A stretch of DNA of 64,000 nt from Antedon mediterranea (Eukaryota > Animalia > Echinodermata). The notes under the pieces were generated by a model that was given only the letters and a program-made list of their open reading frames with translations, made no database searches and was not told the origin of the DNA. The DNA is taken from positions 18,121,365 through 18,185,364 of the forward strand of contig NC_092678.1 of NCBI RefSeq assembly GCF_964355755.1. Direction: 5' to 3'. Within the stretch, counting starts at the first letter, position 1, and the number at the start of each line of letters is the position of its first letter. The position numbers and the translations under genes are program-made. Below are positions 25,901-39,420 of the stretch, piece after piece.

Positions 25901-28164
25901 TTATTAGGGGGGGGGGGAGGTGGTACCCTCTTCAAACTATCAGATGTGATGATAAACACTGTAGACCAAACTACCCTTGCTTATGGCAATTTTTTCCCCT
26001 TTTGTGGAAAAAAAAACAAACCTGGTAAAATTACTGGCTTGCATTGCTTACATGATATTTCAGTGAAATACAATTTTTTTTTCTAAATTAAAGAAAATGG
26101 GTCTAGATAGAAGTAAGTGTAAATTTTAGTTACAAAACAAACAAAAAACGCATTTTTTAACTAAACAATTCACTATTATACAGTAAAATATAAATTAGAG
26201 GTTAAATCCAGATGTTGTATTCACTTTGATCATCATTATATAATTTGCATTATAATAAATTTCTATAGAATTATTCATTTTCAAAGCATTCATTCTTACA
26301 GCGGATATGCTTAATACGTCTCCTTGTGTTATCAGTTTAAAGCAGGGGATGTCCCTCATTAAACCAATGGCTGTCCAGGGAATATGCACAAATAACTACA
26401 TAAAAGGAGCTTAAGAATGTGTCTGAAAAATGTGTTTTTTACTCTATTGTTTTTGTTATATTATCACACATTATAAAGATAATTGTCAATATCTTTTTTT
26501 AGTTAATTTCATTGTCATTGATTGTTGGATTACATTACAAATACTCTGAGAAAATAAATCATAAATGACTATACATTATACTGTACGCAATCAATTCCAA
26601 TACCAGACACCTTGCTATAGAATAATTGGAAACTATCTAAAAACACAAATTGTATGCCTCTGCAACATTTTCGCCAAATTGGGTTTACCAGGCATCGTCT
26701 GAAACAGCCGCCAACATTTTCTGTGGGACCAACGCCTTGAGGGGACGGGTTTAAGTACTTTCTTTGAGCAGCAGCTCAACTGAAATTATGTAAGATAAAA
26801 CACTGATCTGATTCTATCAAATTAAAAGCATAGCTAACCATAACATCATGTAAATACCAGAAGTTGATTTTTTTATCTGACACGATAAAATTAGGCCTAT
26901 GTGATGACGACAAGATTGATATTGTAAACCGACTCTAGGCCTAACCGGTTCGGCGCTAGTTCCGTTTCGCACCTGTCGTTTATTTCGACTCAAAATTGGT
27001 TAAGTAACTTTATCGTGAGTACCACACCTTAGAATTAGGCCTCAAAAATACTATTACGAAGGAGATCACACAAAAAGTAAAAAATAAATCCTTTAAATTG
27101 ATGAATTTACAGACGTGTTTCTCGCACATCGGTTCGTGAATTTCGCATACTCCATGTTCAATGTTGTTGTTTCTATGGAGCGCCAAAAGAGCAATCATAA
27201 TAGAGGGCTAAATACTCAGTAAATTACGTATATTTAATGCATTTATTGATGAAAATTACGTTCAATTTTATATTTTGTCAATGTCAATGCAACAAAAATA
27301 TTACTGTTGATACTGTACATGGTTTTTGCAGGAACTTTTAGGAATGAAAATCGACAAATTCATCATCATACATGTACTGTAGTGTATTAATAATATTCCT
27401 CTTAGTCTTTCTCTTAGGAAGGCGTAGGCCTAGGGTTGGTTGCTATTTGAAAACAGCAAATTATTAGCAGTAAAATGTTACAGCATTTTTATTGACAAAA
27501 TATATTAAAATTAAACGTGTATTTCAATAATAAATGCAATAAAAGAAGACGCATTCCACTGAGTTTTTAACCATCTATTGTTGTTGCTCTTTTGGCGCGC
27601 CATAGAAACGAAAATATTGAACTTCGAGTATGCTAAATTCGCGAACGGTATGCGAGAAACATGTCTGTAAAATCGTCAATTTAAGGATTTATTTGTTACT
27701 TTTTATGTGATTATTCTTAATAAAAGTACTTATGTGGCCCAATTTTAAGGTGTGGTATTCACAATAAGTTGCTTAACAATTTGGAGTCAAAAGGAAGTCG
27801 AAATAAAAACAGGTGCGAAACGGAACTAGCGCCACCGGTTCAAGCTACTGTATGCTGTACATCATGACATAGCCTACCTTACCTAATGTAGGCTAAGTCT
27901 AGTATTGTAACTACTGTAGACCATCTAGGCCTAGAGTAGTAGGAGGCTATACTGTTGTAGGCCTAGGTAAAATGGATACTTACACATTAAAGTACAGAAA
28001 GCTACAAAAGCCAAAACAAACTGGACAAACCAACTGAAACGGCCCGTCAAAGCACATCCTTCTTCCATATCATCACCGCCATCCATGCCTAAGTTTGGGT
28101 TAGATACTTCTTGTAGTCTAGTCGAGTAGCCAACGCTTGTGACAGAGTGTTCAACGCTAATCAT
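16995..28164 (-). CDS. STIMATE: Store-operated calcium entry regulator STIMATE (TMEM110), 6 coding exons, 292 aa
   Basis: Minus-strand exons 28164-27984, 25334-25286, 24740-24633, 18652-18418, 18008-17919, 17210-16995 (879 nt, phases consistent). Protein: [53 protein letters not shown]...DPCTLYLVNFLLDSSLG...GEYGDPPKLEAWIGQCALY...IPFIVNGIMFWVVDNILMK, the STIMATE signature. The start codon is less certain than the internal exons. Confidence 0.95.
17395..17770. mobile_element. MULE-like MITE with 9-bp TSD in STIMATE intron 5
   Basis: TSD TGACTGGTC at 17386-17394 and 17771-17779; ~50-bp TIR containing ttccaggacgaacgtgggcagaaatcatgaataattcat. Confidence 0.85.
18215..18318. mobile_element. hAT-like MITE
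   Basis: CAGTGGCG...CGCCACTG with a degenerate 8-bp TSD ttgggggg/ttgagagg. Confidence 0.6.
18720..19200 (+). repeat. Degenerate ~20-bp minisatellite (aaataagtactgcagtc-type)
   Basis: Recurrent aataagt..agtc units. Confidence 0.75.
19260..19456 (+). repeat. 20-bp minisatellite ttagtcagtcaatggtttaa (left part; resumes at 23739-23883)
   Basis: About 10 units left of the Sola3 insertion and about 7 units right of it. Confidence 0.9.
21006..21363 (+). mobile_element. tRNA-derived SINE with Deu/Nin-like central domain, nested in Sola3
   Basis: A box TGGCCGAGCGG, B-box-like GGTTTGAGGCT, central tcttctcggataaggactataaaccgtaggtccc...taaagaaccta...tttcgagacgagtagggggttacccc, and an (AAAT)n tail. Confidence 0.75.
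21378..22679 (-). pseudogene. Sola3 transposase remnant (N-terminus fused to C-terminal half; stops and frameshifts)
   Basis: MEISCSFKSVVGGACG..TGIDSE | ..IKGVSHINNIEY..KVW; C2H2 finger FCREQGCIRSYQRYSSLEKHLDYENH; LQMGWALKS; terminal KRKKPYIDLLGKMVSMCSCLSD-stop (21378-21380). Confidence 0.75.
25402..25581. mobile_element. MITE family A, intact, TAA TSD (STIMATE intron 1)
   Basis: TAA|AGCGTGGTTCCCACTAG...CTAGTGGGAACCAAGCT|TAA. Confidence 0.88.
26952..27833. mobile_element. Long-TIR non-autonomous DNA transposon with 8-bp TSD (Merlin- or MULE-like)
   Basis: TSD ACCGGTTC (26944-26951, 27834-27841); TIR GGCGCTAGTTCCGTTTCGCACCTG; imperfect inverted arms of ~350 bp. Confidence 0.85.
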
Positions 28165-29982
28165 GTTAGGCCAGAGGAAGGCTATTCCAGTACCGGTAAT
28201 CAGGAACCGCTACCGGCGTCGAGTATCGACTATCCGCTATCGTCACCTAATATTAATAATGTAAACTTGGGCCTAGCTAAACAGCAGCAGAAGAATTTAT
28301 GATCTTCCGAACTCAACGAGATTACACAAAGTGTATTTCATAAATATTATACCACATGTTTCATACCAGTACTAGGCCTAAAGTCACATAAAATCGTATT
28401 CCCATTCATTCGTACTTCCTGATTAAAATAAAGGTATTTTAGGCCTAGCAATCATCGTCCGTGTAGTACTCTTTTTGTGTTTTCATGCGTGTCCATTTCG
28501 TCATTCCTAAATATTTCGTACACAAAAGAAATATGATGTAGCGCCCTCTATAGTTTTTAGATTCATCATTATTCAAAGGGAGCCATATTATTATAATTAT
28601 TTTTAGAATAATAGGCCTATATCTGTCATAATATTCTTTTATAAATTAATAATAATTTGAATAACATGTAATCATGTATTGCAGGACACATGAATAGGAA
28701 AGGCTCGATTTTCCTACCACATTAAACAAATTAATAATTAAATATAGGGTAATCCCAATGACCGGCCCATTATATAATATCCGGAGAACTGCAGACATGT
28801 TTGCATATTAATAATTTATAGTGATTGAAAAATTGAATAATACAAATAGGGCTATTATAGAGGTTTGATTAAATGCGACAGAACAGCAACACAACAACAG
28901 TCTAATCAACACTTTCAACGCCCAAAAGTTTTTTTATGATTTAAAAAATCCTACAAAAATTCGAAAACGAATTGTGTGTGACAACAAAAAATATCGGTTT
29001 GCTGCCCTATCTAGACATTAAAAGTCTAAAAAATAAATATAAAAATATGCTCTCGTTTCGTTTTAAAAAAAAAAACACTAAATTGTATAGATTCTCACCA
29101 AATACATAATTCCTACCTGTATGTGTTATACTGTTAATGATTTAAACAAATGTATGCGTATTTTTCGCATATTTAGCCATTAGTTTAATCTTATTTTTGA
29201 TAATATTATTAGTTTTTTCCCCTAATAAAATACAGTTCTTTCTTTTTCTTCTATTTAATTGTTCACACTAATAATAGCAGTAAGCAGGTATCAGAGAAAT
29301 AGTAAATGTAGTAATAGATGTACTTGGTAATCGGAGACGTGTGAATGGAGGTCAAATAGGTGTAAACAAAGTTTAAGCTTTACCCCCTGTAAAACTTCAG
29401 GATACGGTACATAATTACACTACCTGTACAGTTAGGAGTTGATTTTAAATTGAGTGACACGCACCGGGAATATAAAGACAAGTAAGTAAAATAAGTTTCC
29501 GTTGATTTAATTTCATGGATCATATACGACGTAAGCCTAATAAATGTTACGCTAATATATAACAATCATACTAGAAATTGCAAAGTGCAACTAAGTAGAT
29601 CTAGTTTTGATGACATGCCTTCATAAAGACACAAACCCAATGCCGACCTCAGTGGACAGTCGTCGCCTGATCAAATTATTTCACTCGCAGAGAGAGCGAA
29701 AGCCATAAACTTGCCTATGTCGTCTTATTAGGCCAATGTTTTGTAGACAAACAATGAACTTTCGGCGGATCCATGAAGCGTGATGGGGAAAGCTCAAATT
29801 GCTGTCCAGGCTATGAATAGCTGCTACGCAGAAGTTTGTAGAGAAAAATCTAATCTACCATGGTAAAAGTAGGCCTATAATAAATTCACACAATATTTTG
29901 CGTTTGAAAATTATAAGTACTGTATGCGCTACCTCAAACAAGGTCATATGGCCTACATGGCTGCAGTCGCGTGCTCAAGTAA

Positions 29983-30385
29983 AGGCCCATTTACACTAGG
30001 ACGATAACGATCGACGATAAATAGACAAACTATGCATTTTTTATACATAAAAAAAAGAAATACAAACACTTTTCATTCTAGAACTATAAAATAACTATCT
30101 GTGCTTCCTTTGATGAAAATTATATTTTCACACGTCCAATCAAATGACGTCATGATTTGTAAGAGCAAAAATATCGTGACAAATACAACGATTTTATTGT
30201 TTTTATTTATCATGACGTCATTTGATTGGAATTTTAAAAATATTATTATTTTTATCAAAGACAGCATAAATGATTATCCTATAGTTCTAGAACGAAAACA
30301 TTTCTAATTTCTTTTGTTTTATGTAAAAAAAATGCATGCTTATATATTTATCGTCGATCGTTATCCTCCTAGTATAAATGGGCCT
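29983..30385. mobile_element. Harbinger-type palindromic MITE (~400 bp)
   Basis: AGGCCCATTTACACTAGGACGATAACGATCGACGATAAAT...ATTTATCGTCGATCGTTATCCTCCTAGTATAAATGGGCCT, TAA/TTA flanks. Confidence 0.85.
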
Positions 30386-32359
30386 TTAGTGTTTACCGCC
30401 CGACCGACCGACCGACATAGTGAGCTGTAGAGTCTAGTCGCGTATAAGCTTTTTTTCGCGAAAAGTTTGAAAAAGCACATTGTGATCAACTCTTTTCGAT
30501 CATTGTTAATGAGAAACCTATTCAATAAATAACAAAAATCGTTCCACGTAAAGAGCCATTCCAATGACGGTCATTGCTTCTCATAGCGCACGCTGTCAAA
30601 AAGAAAATTAAGTTTTCAGAATTGAATTTTAAAAAACTGTCTAAAGAAGATTACGAGTTTCAGTAAAGGCATATTTTGGCAGCACTGGAAGTCCCATCTC
30701 CCCAGCAATGTTTTATCCTTTTGGAAGGAATGGTCCCATATGAATTATAGTCTGTGCCTATCTTTTTGGTATCCTTCATCCCAGTTATTTTATCGTTAAA
30801 CGGTTATTTATCATCACGTGACTAATAATGGTTGCTTACATAAAAAACACGATTGTATAAATAGTGGAATGCATTTTAATCTTCAATCATTTTAAACAGA
30901 TTGGCGTTTGGGGTTACATCATGGAGGAAATATACATATATGTATATTTCTTCCATGCATACCTGTAGTCGATTGTTGAACACCCTTTATGGGGCAGAGC
31001 TTCGGACACGAACTGGGACTGGATGGCGTGGAACGTGGAATAATCTTATACAGTGTAGGCTTTATACATTTGTTTGCATGGTAACTTACATAAGGTTTGT
31101 CCTATTTGTTTTTGTTTTGTTTCGTTTTTGTTGTTTTTTTTTTATTGGTTTTAGTTGACGTAAACAAAACTATTAAAGCTTGGTCCCCAGAATACAGCGC
31201 AATTACGTTAGTCATGTAACTGATTTGACCAATTTACAAAATAATGGATATTCGCACTGTCGCTTTTTGATTTGTCAATTCTTATGCGTTGCCGCCTTGT
31301 TACACCCTTGCGTTTCTTTTCAATAATTTCTCGTTTCGCTCAGTTTAAATGTTTAGTAGAGGTGGGTATATAGTAGGTCTACTAAACTAAATGGTTCTGC
31401 ATTAAACATGATAATCAACAGTCCAGAAAATTCATTTTCTCGTTCAGCAGCGTATAACGAAAATGAAGTAAGCAACTACCGTTCCGATCAACAAGCAGTT
31501 AAACTTAATTAACTTACTATAATTTAAACTCTTTTTGTGCCACCATTTTGATGAAAAGTACATATAGTTACATTCAGAATGTCAACGGGGCCCCCCTGCG
31601 CTATCCCGACTGGACCCTATGGCATATTGTAGCCTGTTTGCGATGATCAAAACTTAATTTTAGGCCTTATACTTTGTAAAATAAATTACTTGCTTCTGTT
31701 TAAATCAAAATGAGCCTCGCGACGTCCGGGAGCTACTGTGTGTCCAGGTTATTTGTTTATCAAAACTTAACGTACAATACCCCAGCTAGCAATTTGACAT
31801 TGGCCCGACGTCGGCAAGCGTCGGCAGACGTTGACAAAGTCGCGGGCAAATTGCCGACGTTATTACAACGTTATTACAACGTGTACTATAAGTCGTGAAT
31901 TTAATGGTTGTTAACCTAACGTCCTGCCGACGTCGTATTTACGTTGAAAAATTGACAAAAAAATGTGCCTTGCGATTACATAAATCCAACGTCAGTTTGA
32001 CGTCGTTATCATTGGTTGGCACAACGTCTGCAAACGTCAACATATTAAAGTAATTTTGACACGTCGCATCAACGTTGGCAAAACGTTGTAAAGAGTTGTC
32101 AACAATCAAACGTCGTCACAACGTTGACAATTTGCCAATATATGACAACTTATCAAGTCGGCAAATTATTGTTGGTTTAACGTCGCCATTAGTCGTTGGT
32201 TCACCGTTAGCGAATGTCGACACACTAAAGTCATTTTCCTCACGTTGCACCGACATCGGCTAATGGTTGTAAAATTTATGTAGGCATTTTAACGTCTACC
32301 CAACGTTTGAAATTGGATACAAGACTTTAAGCATTTGGGTTGTTCATTTATGTCGATTC

Positions 32360-34870
32360 AACGTCAAATAAAAGTTGTTAAGCCAACGTCAGCAATTGTC
32401 AACAACATTACATTGACTTGTTCCACGTCATACAGACGTTGGCTTATAGTTGTATACGTTAAGTCGGATATCAAACGTCGTGCCAACGCTTGAAATTGAC
32501 GCAAAATACTATCATTTATGGTCACTATTCTAGCGTCAGTTTAACGTCAAATAAAAGTTGTTAAGCCAACGTCAGCAATTGTCAAAAATATTACATTGAC
32601 TTGTTCCACGTCATGCAGACGTTGGCTAATAGTTGTATACGTTAAGTCTGATATCAAACGTCGTGCCAACGCTTGAAATTGACGCAAAATACTATCATTT
32701 ATGGTCACTATTCTAGCGTCAGTTTAACGTCAAATAAAAGTTGTTAAGCCAACGTCAGCAATTGTCAAAAATATTACATTGACTTGTTCCACGTCATACA
32801 GACGTTGGCTTATAGTTGTATACGTTAAGTCTGATATCAAACGTCATACCAACGCTTGAAATTGACGCAAAATACAATCATTTATGGTCACTATTCTAGC
32901 GTCAGTTTAACGTCAAATAAAAGTTGTTAAGCCAACGTCAGCAATTGTCAACAACATTACATTGACTTGTTCCACGTCATGCAGACGTTGGCTAAACGTT
33001 GTATACGTTAAGTCTGATATCAAACGTCGTGCCAACGCTTGAAATTGACGCAAAATACTAGCATTTATGGTCACTATTCTAGCGTCAGTTTAACGTCAAA
33101 TAAAAGTTGTTAAGCCAACGTCAGCAATTGTCAACAACATTACATTGACTTGTTCCACGTCATACAGACGTTGGCTAATAGTTGTATACGTTAAGTCTGA
33201 TATCAAACGTCGTGCCAACGCTTGAAATTGACGCAAAATACAATCATTTATGGTCACTATTCTAGCGTCAGTTTAACGTCAAATAAAAGTTGTTAAGCCA
33301 ACGTCAGCAATTGTCAACAACATTACATTGACTTGTTCCACGTCATGCAGACGTTGGCTAAAAGTTGTATACGTTAAGTCTGATATCAAACGTCGTGCCA
33401 ACGCTTGAAATTGACGCAAAATACTAGCATTTATGGTCACTATTCTAGCGTCAGTTTAACGTCAAATAAAAGTTGTTAAGCCAACGTCAGCAATTGTCAA
33501 CAACATTACATTGACTTGTTCCACGTCATACAGACGTTGGCTAATAGTTGTATACGTTAAGTCTGATATCAAACGTCTTGCCAACGCTTGAAATTGACGC
33601 AAAATACAATCATTTATGGTCACTATTCTAGCGTCAGTTTAACGTCAAATAAAAGTTGTTAAGCCAACGTCAGCAATTGTCAACAACATTACATTGACTT
33701 GTTCCACGTCATGCAGACGTTGGCTAATAGTTGTATACGTTAAGTCTGATATCAAACGTCGTGCCAACGCTTGAAATTGACGCAAAATACTAGCATTTAT
33801 GGTCACTATTCTAGCGTCAGTTTAACGTCAAATAAAAGTTGTTAAGCCAACGTCAGCAATTGTCAAAAATATTACATTGACTTGTTCCACGTCATGCAGA
33901 CGTTGGCTAATAGTTGTATACGTTAAGTCTGATATCAAACGTCATACCAACGCTTGAAATTGACGCAAAATACAATCATTTATGGTCACTATTCTAGCGT
34001 CAGTTTAACGTCAAATAAAAGTTGTTAAGCCAACGTCAGCAATTGTCAACAACATTACATTGACTTGTTCCACGTCATACAGACGTTGGCTAATAGTTGT
34101 ATACGTTAAGTCTGATATCAAACGTCGTGCCAACGCTTGAAATTGACGCAAAATACAATCATTTATGGTCACTATTCTAGCGTCAGTTTAACGTCAAATA
34201 AAAGTTGTTAAGCCAACGTCAGCAATTGTCAACAACATTACATTGACTTGTTCCACGTCATGCAGACGTTGGCTAATAGTTGTATACGTTAAGTCTGATA
34301 TCAAACGTCGTGCCAACGCTTGAAATTGACGCAAAATACTAGCATTTATGGTCACTATTCTAGCGTCAGTTTAACGTCAAATGAAAGTTGTTAAGCCAAC
34401 GTCAGCAATTGTCAAAAATATTACATTGACTTGTTCCACGTCATGCAGACGTTGGCTAATAGTTGTATACGTTAAGTCTGATATCAAACGTCATACCAAC
34501 GCTTGAAATTGACGCAAAATACAATCATTTATGGTCACTATTCTAGCGTCAGTTTAACGTCAAATAAAAGTTGTTAAGCCAACGTCAGCAATTGTCAACA
34601 ACATTACATTGACTTGTTCCACGTCATGCAGACGTTGGCTTATAGTTGTATACGTTAAGTCTGATATCAAACGTCGTGCCAACGCTTGAAATTGATGCAA
34701 AATACAATCATTTATGGTCACTATTCTAGCGTCAGTTTAACGTCAAATAAAAGTTTGTTAAGCCAACGTCAGCAATTGTCAACGACATTACATTGACTTG
34801 TTTCACATTGACTTTATAGTAACAATTGTATTACTGGTTAAGTCGGATTTTAAACGTCGTACCAACGCTT
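32360..34870 (+). repeat. 183-bp tandem satellite, ~13.7 copies, left subterminal region of the CMC element
   Basis: aacgtcaaataaaagttgttaagcc recurs at 32360, 32543, 32726 ... 34739 (13 x 183). Confidence 0.97.
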
Positions 34871-36196
34871 AAATATTACAAACATATCGTGTTTATTCCA
34901 AACTTGATAGAGTAACTGATTGACAACTTACTAAATAATACAATACCCCACATAGAAAAGTTGATTCAAACAAAATGCAATATTATGTTTTGATATGGAT
35001 ATTAAAGAAAAGTAGGCCTATATTCTTCTTTAGATTGTTTCTAAATATTTTTGAACATTAATTAGGACATCTAACTTTATATATTAAGAGAATGTCTGTA
35101 CACTTATCGTTTGAATGCAGCTATTGAAATGGAATGATTGATTTAATGATGGTCATCCTAATTATGGTTCCATTTAAAATAAATGGCGCCCCCATTCAAG
35201 AAACTGAATGTAATCAAAGATCTTATAAAATTAATGAAAATACAAAATCTACAATTTACAAGGAACCAATTATTGGTATTAAAAGATAAATATTGAAATA
35301 TGTACTTGGCTATTTTTCTAAACGGAAAAATGCAACCATACCACCATACATCATAAATGCAAAATAAAGAAAAACGATTAAGTTCATTCCACTGATAATA
35401 CGTTTAATTGCATTTTCATTTCAACAGCCTAACATTAAATTTATTTAAAAACATTTGTCAAGATAGATATTGGGAATACACCTCCATTTTTTCGCAATAT
35501 AAGAGAAGCTAATAACGAATTGACAAATGGTCAAACAATAAACGGTCTCAGAAAACGATGTTATAACGTTCATGATCTGTAATGTTCGCTGATATTATAA
35601 AAACTAAAAAGTAGGCATAGGTTAAGTTTAATTCGTAGTAAGATATATGTGTGTATTATATTATATACTCCAAAGTAACTAAATTCTACAGAGGCTTCAA
35701 ATTTAATTTATGTAAAAATAAAAATTGTACATGAATGTTAATGAACTATTTGGGCTTATAAACTTATGTTATGTTATGTTCTAAATTACCGAACGTAAAA
35801 CAAAAAATGATGAGATACAAAAATGTGGATAAAGAAAGAAATAATGCGCAAGACATAAAATTAAAATAATACATTATTATGTAAGCAGTGTATAAATTGT
35901 TGAACAAAGTATTAATATAGTTCATATGTTATATATTATTTGTCTTGTTAAATAAATTTGTAAGGCCCTATACTGTTATTCTTTAAGGAAAGTTGATATA
36001 CCCTATTATTTTATGCCTATTAATAGTATTAATATTGTTTAAGTAAATATTTTGTCTAATTGCCTTGATTTTGTGTATAGGCCAATGGCATCAAATTTGT
36101 CTCAAAGCAAATTAAAGACACTTTTAGACACATGATTCATTGATTTCTGATATAATATTCTGTACTTGTGTATGCATTACTAAAATAGTTATATTA

Positions 36197-37650
36197 TGTT
36201 TCATTTATAATGTATGTAAACATTTATTCATTTTTTTAAAACAAATCGGTGCACTTTTTCTGTTGTTTTTGTTTAATTAATTTTAATTAAAATTATGACA
36301 ACAATTCCTATCTAACCTAGATTCACACAAAAACAATTACTTCCTAATAAAATTGTATAATGGTATACATTACAGAGCATTGAATAAACTCGAGCGGAAT
36401 ATTAACGCACATAAAAAAACATTCATTTTCTTGTCGAAAAGTGCCCTCTCTAGTTTTCTATTGATTTAATAATTATTAATAATTAATTAATGGGTAATAT
36501 TAAAATATTTTTAACTTTTAATGTTAGAAGTTGGTTCTACTCCTAACAAAGTTTCATATCTCCAAATTTCAACAAGGTAGACAAAGCACTTCAATAAATA
36601 TCACATTTAACATCACAAATTAGGATTATGGATTGAATTTTTGCTAATAATTTTCGATAAAAAATACTTTTCGTATTTAAAAACATTTGATACTTGGTAT
36701 GAATATTCAATATAAGTTGCTCTATCCATATTGCTAAAGAAAAATAAATATCAAACCATAATTCACTGATTGTTGTGATTTACGTTTTTACAAAATTTAC
36801 ACTTATGAACGACCATACAATTCCAACTCATTTTTTCAACCTAATAACGATTTAAAAAAAAAAAACCAACAGAAAAGGGTTATGAAAGCAATTTTGTTTC
36901 TGTGAATAGAGCAACCTATATTGAACATATAAAACGAGTTTCAACTGTTTTTAAATACGAAAAGTATTTTTTATCGACGTTTTTTATATATGTTTTTAGG
37001 CAAAAATTCCTTCAATAACCCTAATTTGTGATGTTAAATATGATATTTATTGAAGTAATTAGACAACGTTGTTGAAATTTGGAGATATGAAATTTTGTTA
37101 GGAGTAGATCCAACTTCCTACATTAAATGTTAAAAACATGTTAACCTTACCCATTAATTAATTATAAATAATTAATAAATCAATAGAAAACTAGAGAGGG
37201 CACTTTTCGATAAGAAAATGATTATGTTTTTTATGTACGTTATTATTCCGCTCGAGTTTATTCAACATACTGTATTGTATACTACAGTAATATACTATTT
37301 TATTGGAAAGTAAATATTTTTGTGTGAATCTTCTTGGAGTTCTTTGAAAGAGTATCCGCTTATACTTCTTTTCTTCAGATTCAACATCTGATTTAGGTCT
37401 TAAATGTGCACACACACTTCCTGAACCAACATAGTACATTGAAAGTCAAATGAATTGTTTTAACTTTTTTTATTGAAAACAATCTGACTCAAAACATATT
37501 ATCAGTGACAATAATAGAAAGGTTAGATAGGTTTGTTGTAATAATTTTTAATTAAAATTAATTAAACAAAAAACAACAGAAAAGTGCACTTTTTTGTTTT
37601 AAAAAATGTAAAAAAATGAATAAATATTTACTTACATTATAAATGTAAAC
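36197..37650. repeat. Large imperfect inverted repeat (arms ~36197-36684 and ~36946-37650)
   Basis: For example gaataaactcgagcggaata / tattccgctcgagtttattc and aaagtgccctctctagttttctattgattta / taaatcaatagaaaactagagagggcacttt. The right arm has a ~190-bp insert. Confidence 0.85.
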
Positions 37651-38991
37651 ATTTCGATAAGAAAATGATTATGTTTTTTATGTACGGTATTATTCCGCCC
37701 GAGTTTATTCAACATACTGTATTATTATACTATTTTATTGGGAATACATTAATTTACACATTCATAGAAATATATGGTTCATACTTTTTTAACATAAATA
37801 TTTAGCCATTTACTTTGATCGATACATTTATAATTTGTACCGATAATAGTACACCTATTATTGTATAGCATTACCATGTTTTCACCCATATTAATAATTC
37901 TGCATTTTCAATTCAATAATCAATTTCATTTATTTATTTCAACACACATTTAAATCGGTGATTGACAGCAAAATAAATAAACAACAGGCGCGTATCTTAA
38001 TACATGTAGGCCTATACTATTTGTAAATATTATAAACAAAAAACATATATATAGAAAATGAAATGAAGTACATTTAGACCATTTTGAGCATATTTTCACT
38101 TATTATTAGGCCTATGTCAAAAACCGAAATTGAAAATGATAAAAAAAAAAGCTGAATGAAAAAATATTTAGGCCTACACATGTTGCGGGGATATATTAAA
38201 AAATGATTTCGTAATTGGTACTTCTCTTTAAAATGTACTAATTTCATTATTTTTTTTGTTTGGATTTTGAAATTATTAAATACGAATTATACTACTTTTA
38301 TCCATATGTACTGTACGATATTTGTACTAAATCATTTCTCCAAATAAACATTGTGTTTAAAAACTTAAATTGCTCTCTGTTTGCGCTGTATGCAACATTA
38401 CATATACGCATTGGCTCCGGTTGGGGGAGGAGGGGGAATTACCAACCTGACGTTTATTACAATATCGGAGCAACAGATACTGTAATGCGTAAGTTCAACA
38501 AAAGATGCGCGTAGGCCTACACAGTGTTTGTGCGAAATGTGTGTTTCATTAAAAATGCGAGACCCGTGACGTGTTAAAACTCTGTGAGCTGATATTATAG
38601 TTTGACAATAGGGAATGGTGTGTGGGGTGCTACAGTCCGCAGTAAATCGGAGGGATACGTGGGACTGTGGGCAGTAGCGAATTAAAAGTTCACACCATAT
38701 TAATTCTAAAAAATAATTGATGAGATGCTCTTTAGTTTTCGTTTTAGCTATTAATGTATTTCATTCAGCAGAACATTTTATTTAAATTACATTCGTATAC
38801 CCCTTCAGTTAAGATACATAAAAAGTGTGTGCGGGTGGCCGTTTCGAAAACGCGGATGTTAAGTTTTGATGGATGTAACTGAACATATTTGGAGGTGCGA
38901 AAAAGTCTCCACGACATTGGCCCATCATGTTTTTTACTTCATTTCCAAATAAACATATAGTGTTTTAAGGATGAATGATAAAATAATTTGA

Positions 38992-39261
38992 TTTTTTTTT
39001 TATTTGATTTGAGTATTTAAAAACTTTAATTACTCTCTGTTTTTGCATACGCTGTTTTTGATACTTTATTCACATGCCGATGTAAATGTCCTTCAATCCT
39101 GTCGGTTGTTTACGAAAACCGAATGCCAATGCTTATATCGTAAACAACCGACAGGATTGAAGGACATTCGCATCGGCATGTGAATAAAGTATCAAAAACA
39201 GCGTATGCAAAAACAGAGAGTAATTAAAGTTTTTAAATACTCAAATCAAATAAAAAAAAAA
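38992..39261. repeat. Near-perfect ~123-bp-arm palindrome with ~22-nt loop
   Basis: Arms 38992-39115 and 39138-39261 are reverse complements with two adjacent mismatches. Confidence 0.92.
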
Positions 39262-39420
39262 CTCCTACCAGCGTGCAAAAATGCATTACTGTAGGTATTC
39301 TTGGGAATGGGATATGTAACTAATTCCACGTGTAAATCGAGTCGACTTGACACGGATGCCCGGATGTACTCTCCTAAATGTTTTTAAAAAAGCCAGAGAC
39401 GATATATATATATAAATCAC

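Noticed and set aside
32360-34870. Regular array as a possible CRISPR locus
   Set aside because: Whole 183-bp units repeat with no unique spacers, there are no cas genes, and the context is eukaryotic.
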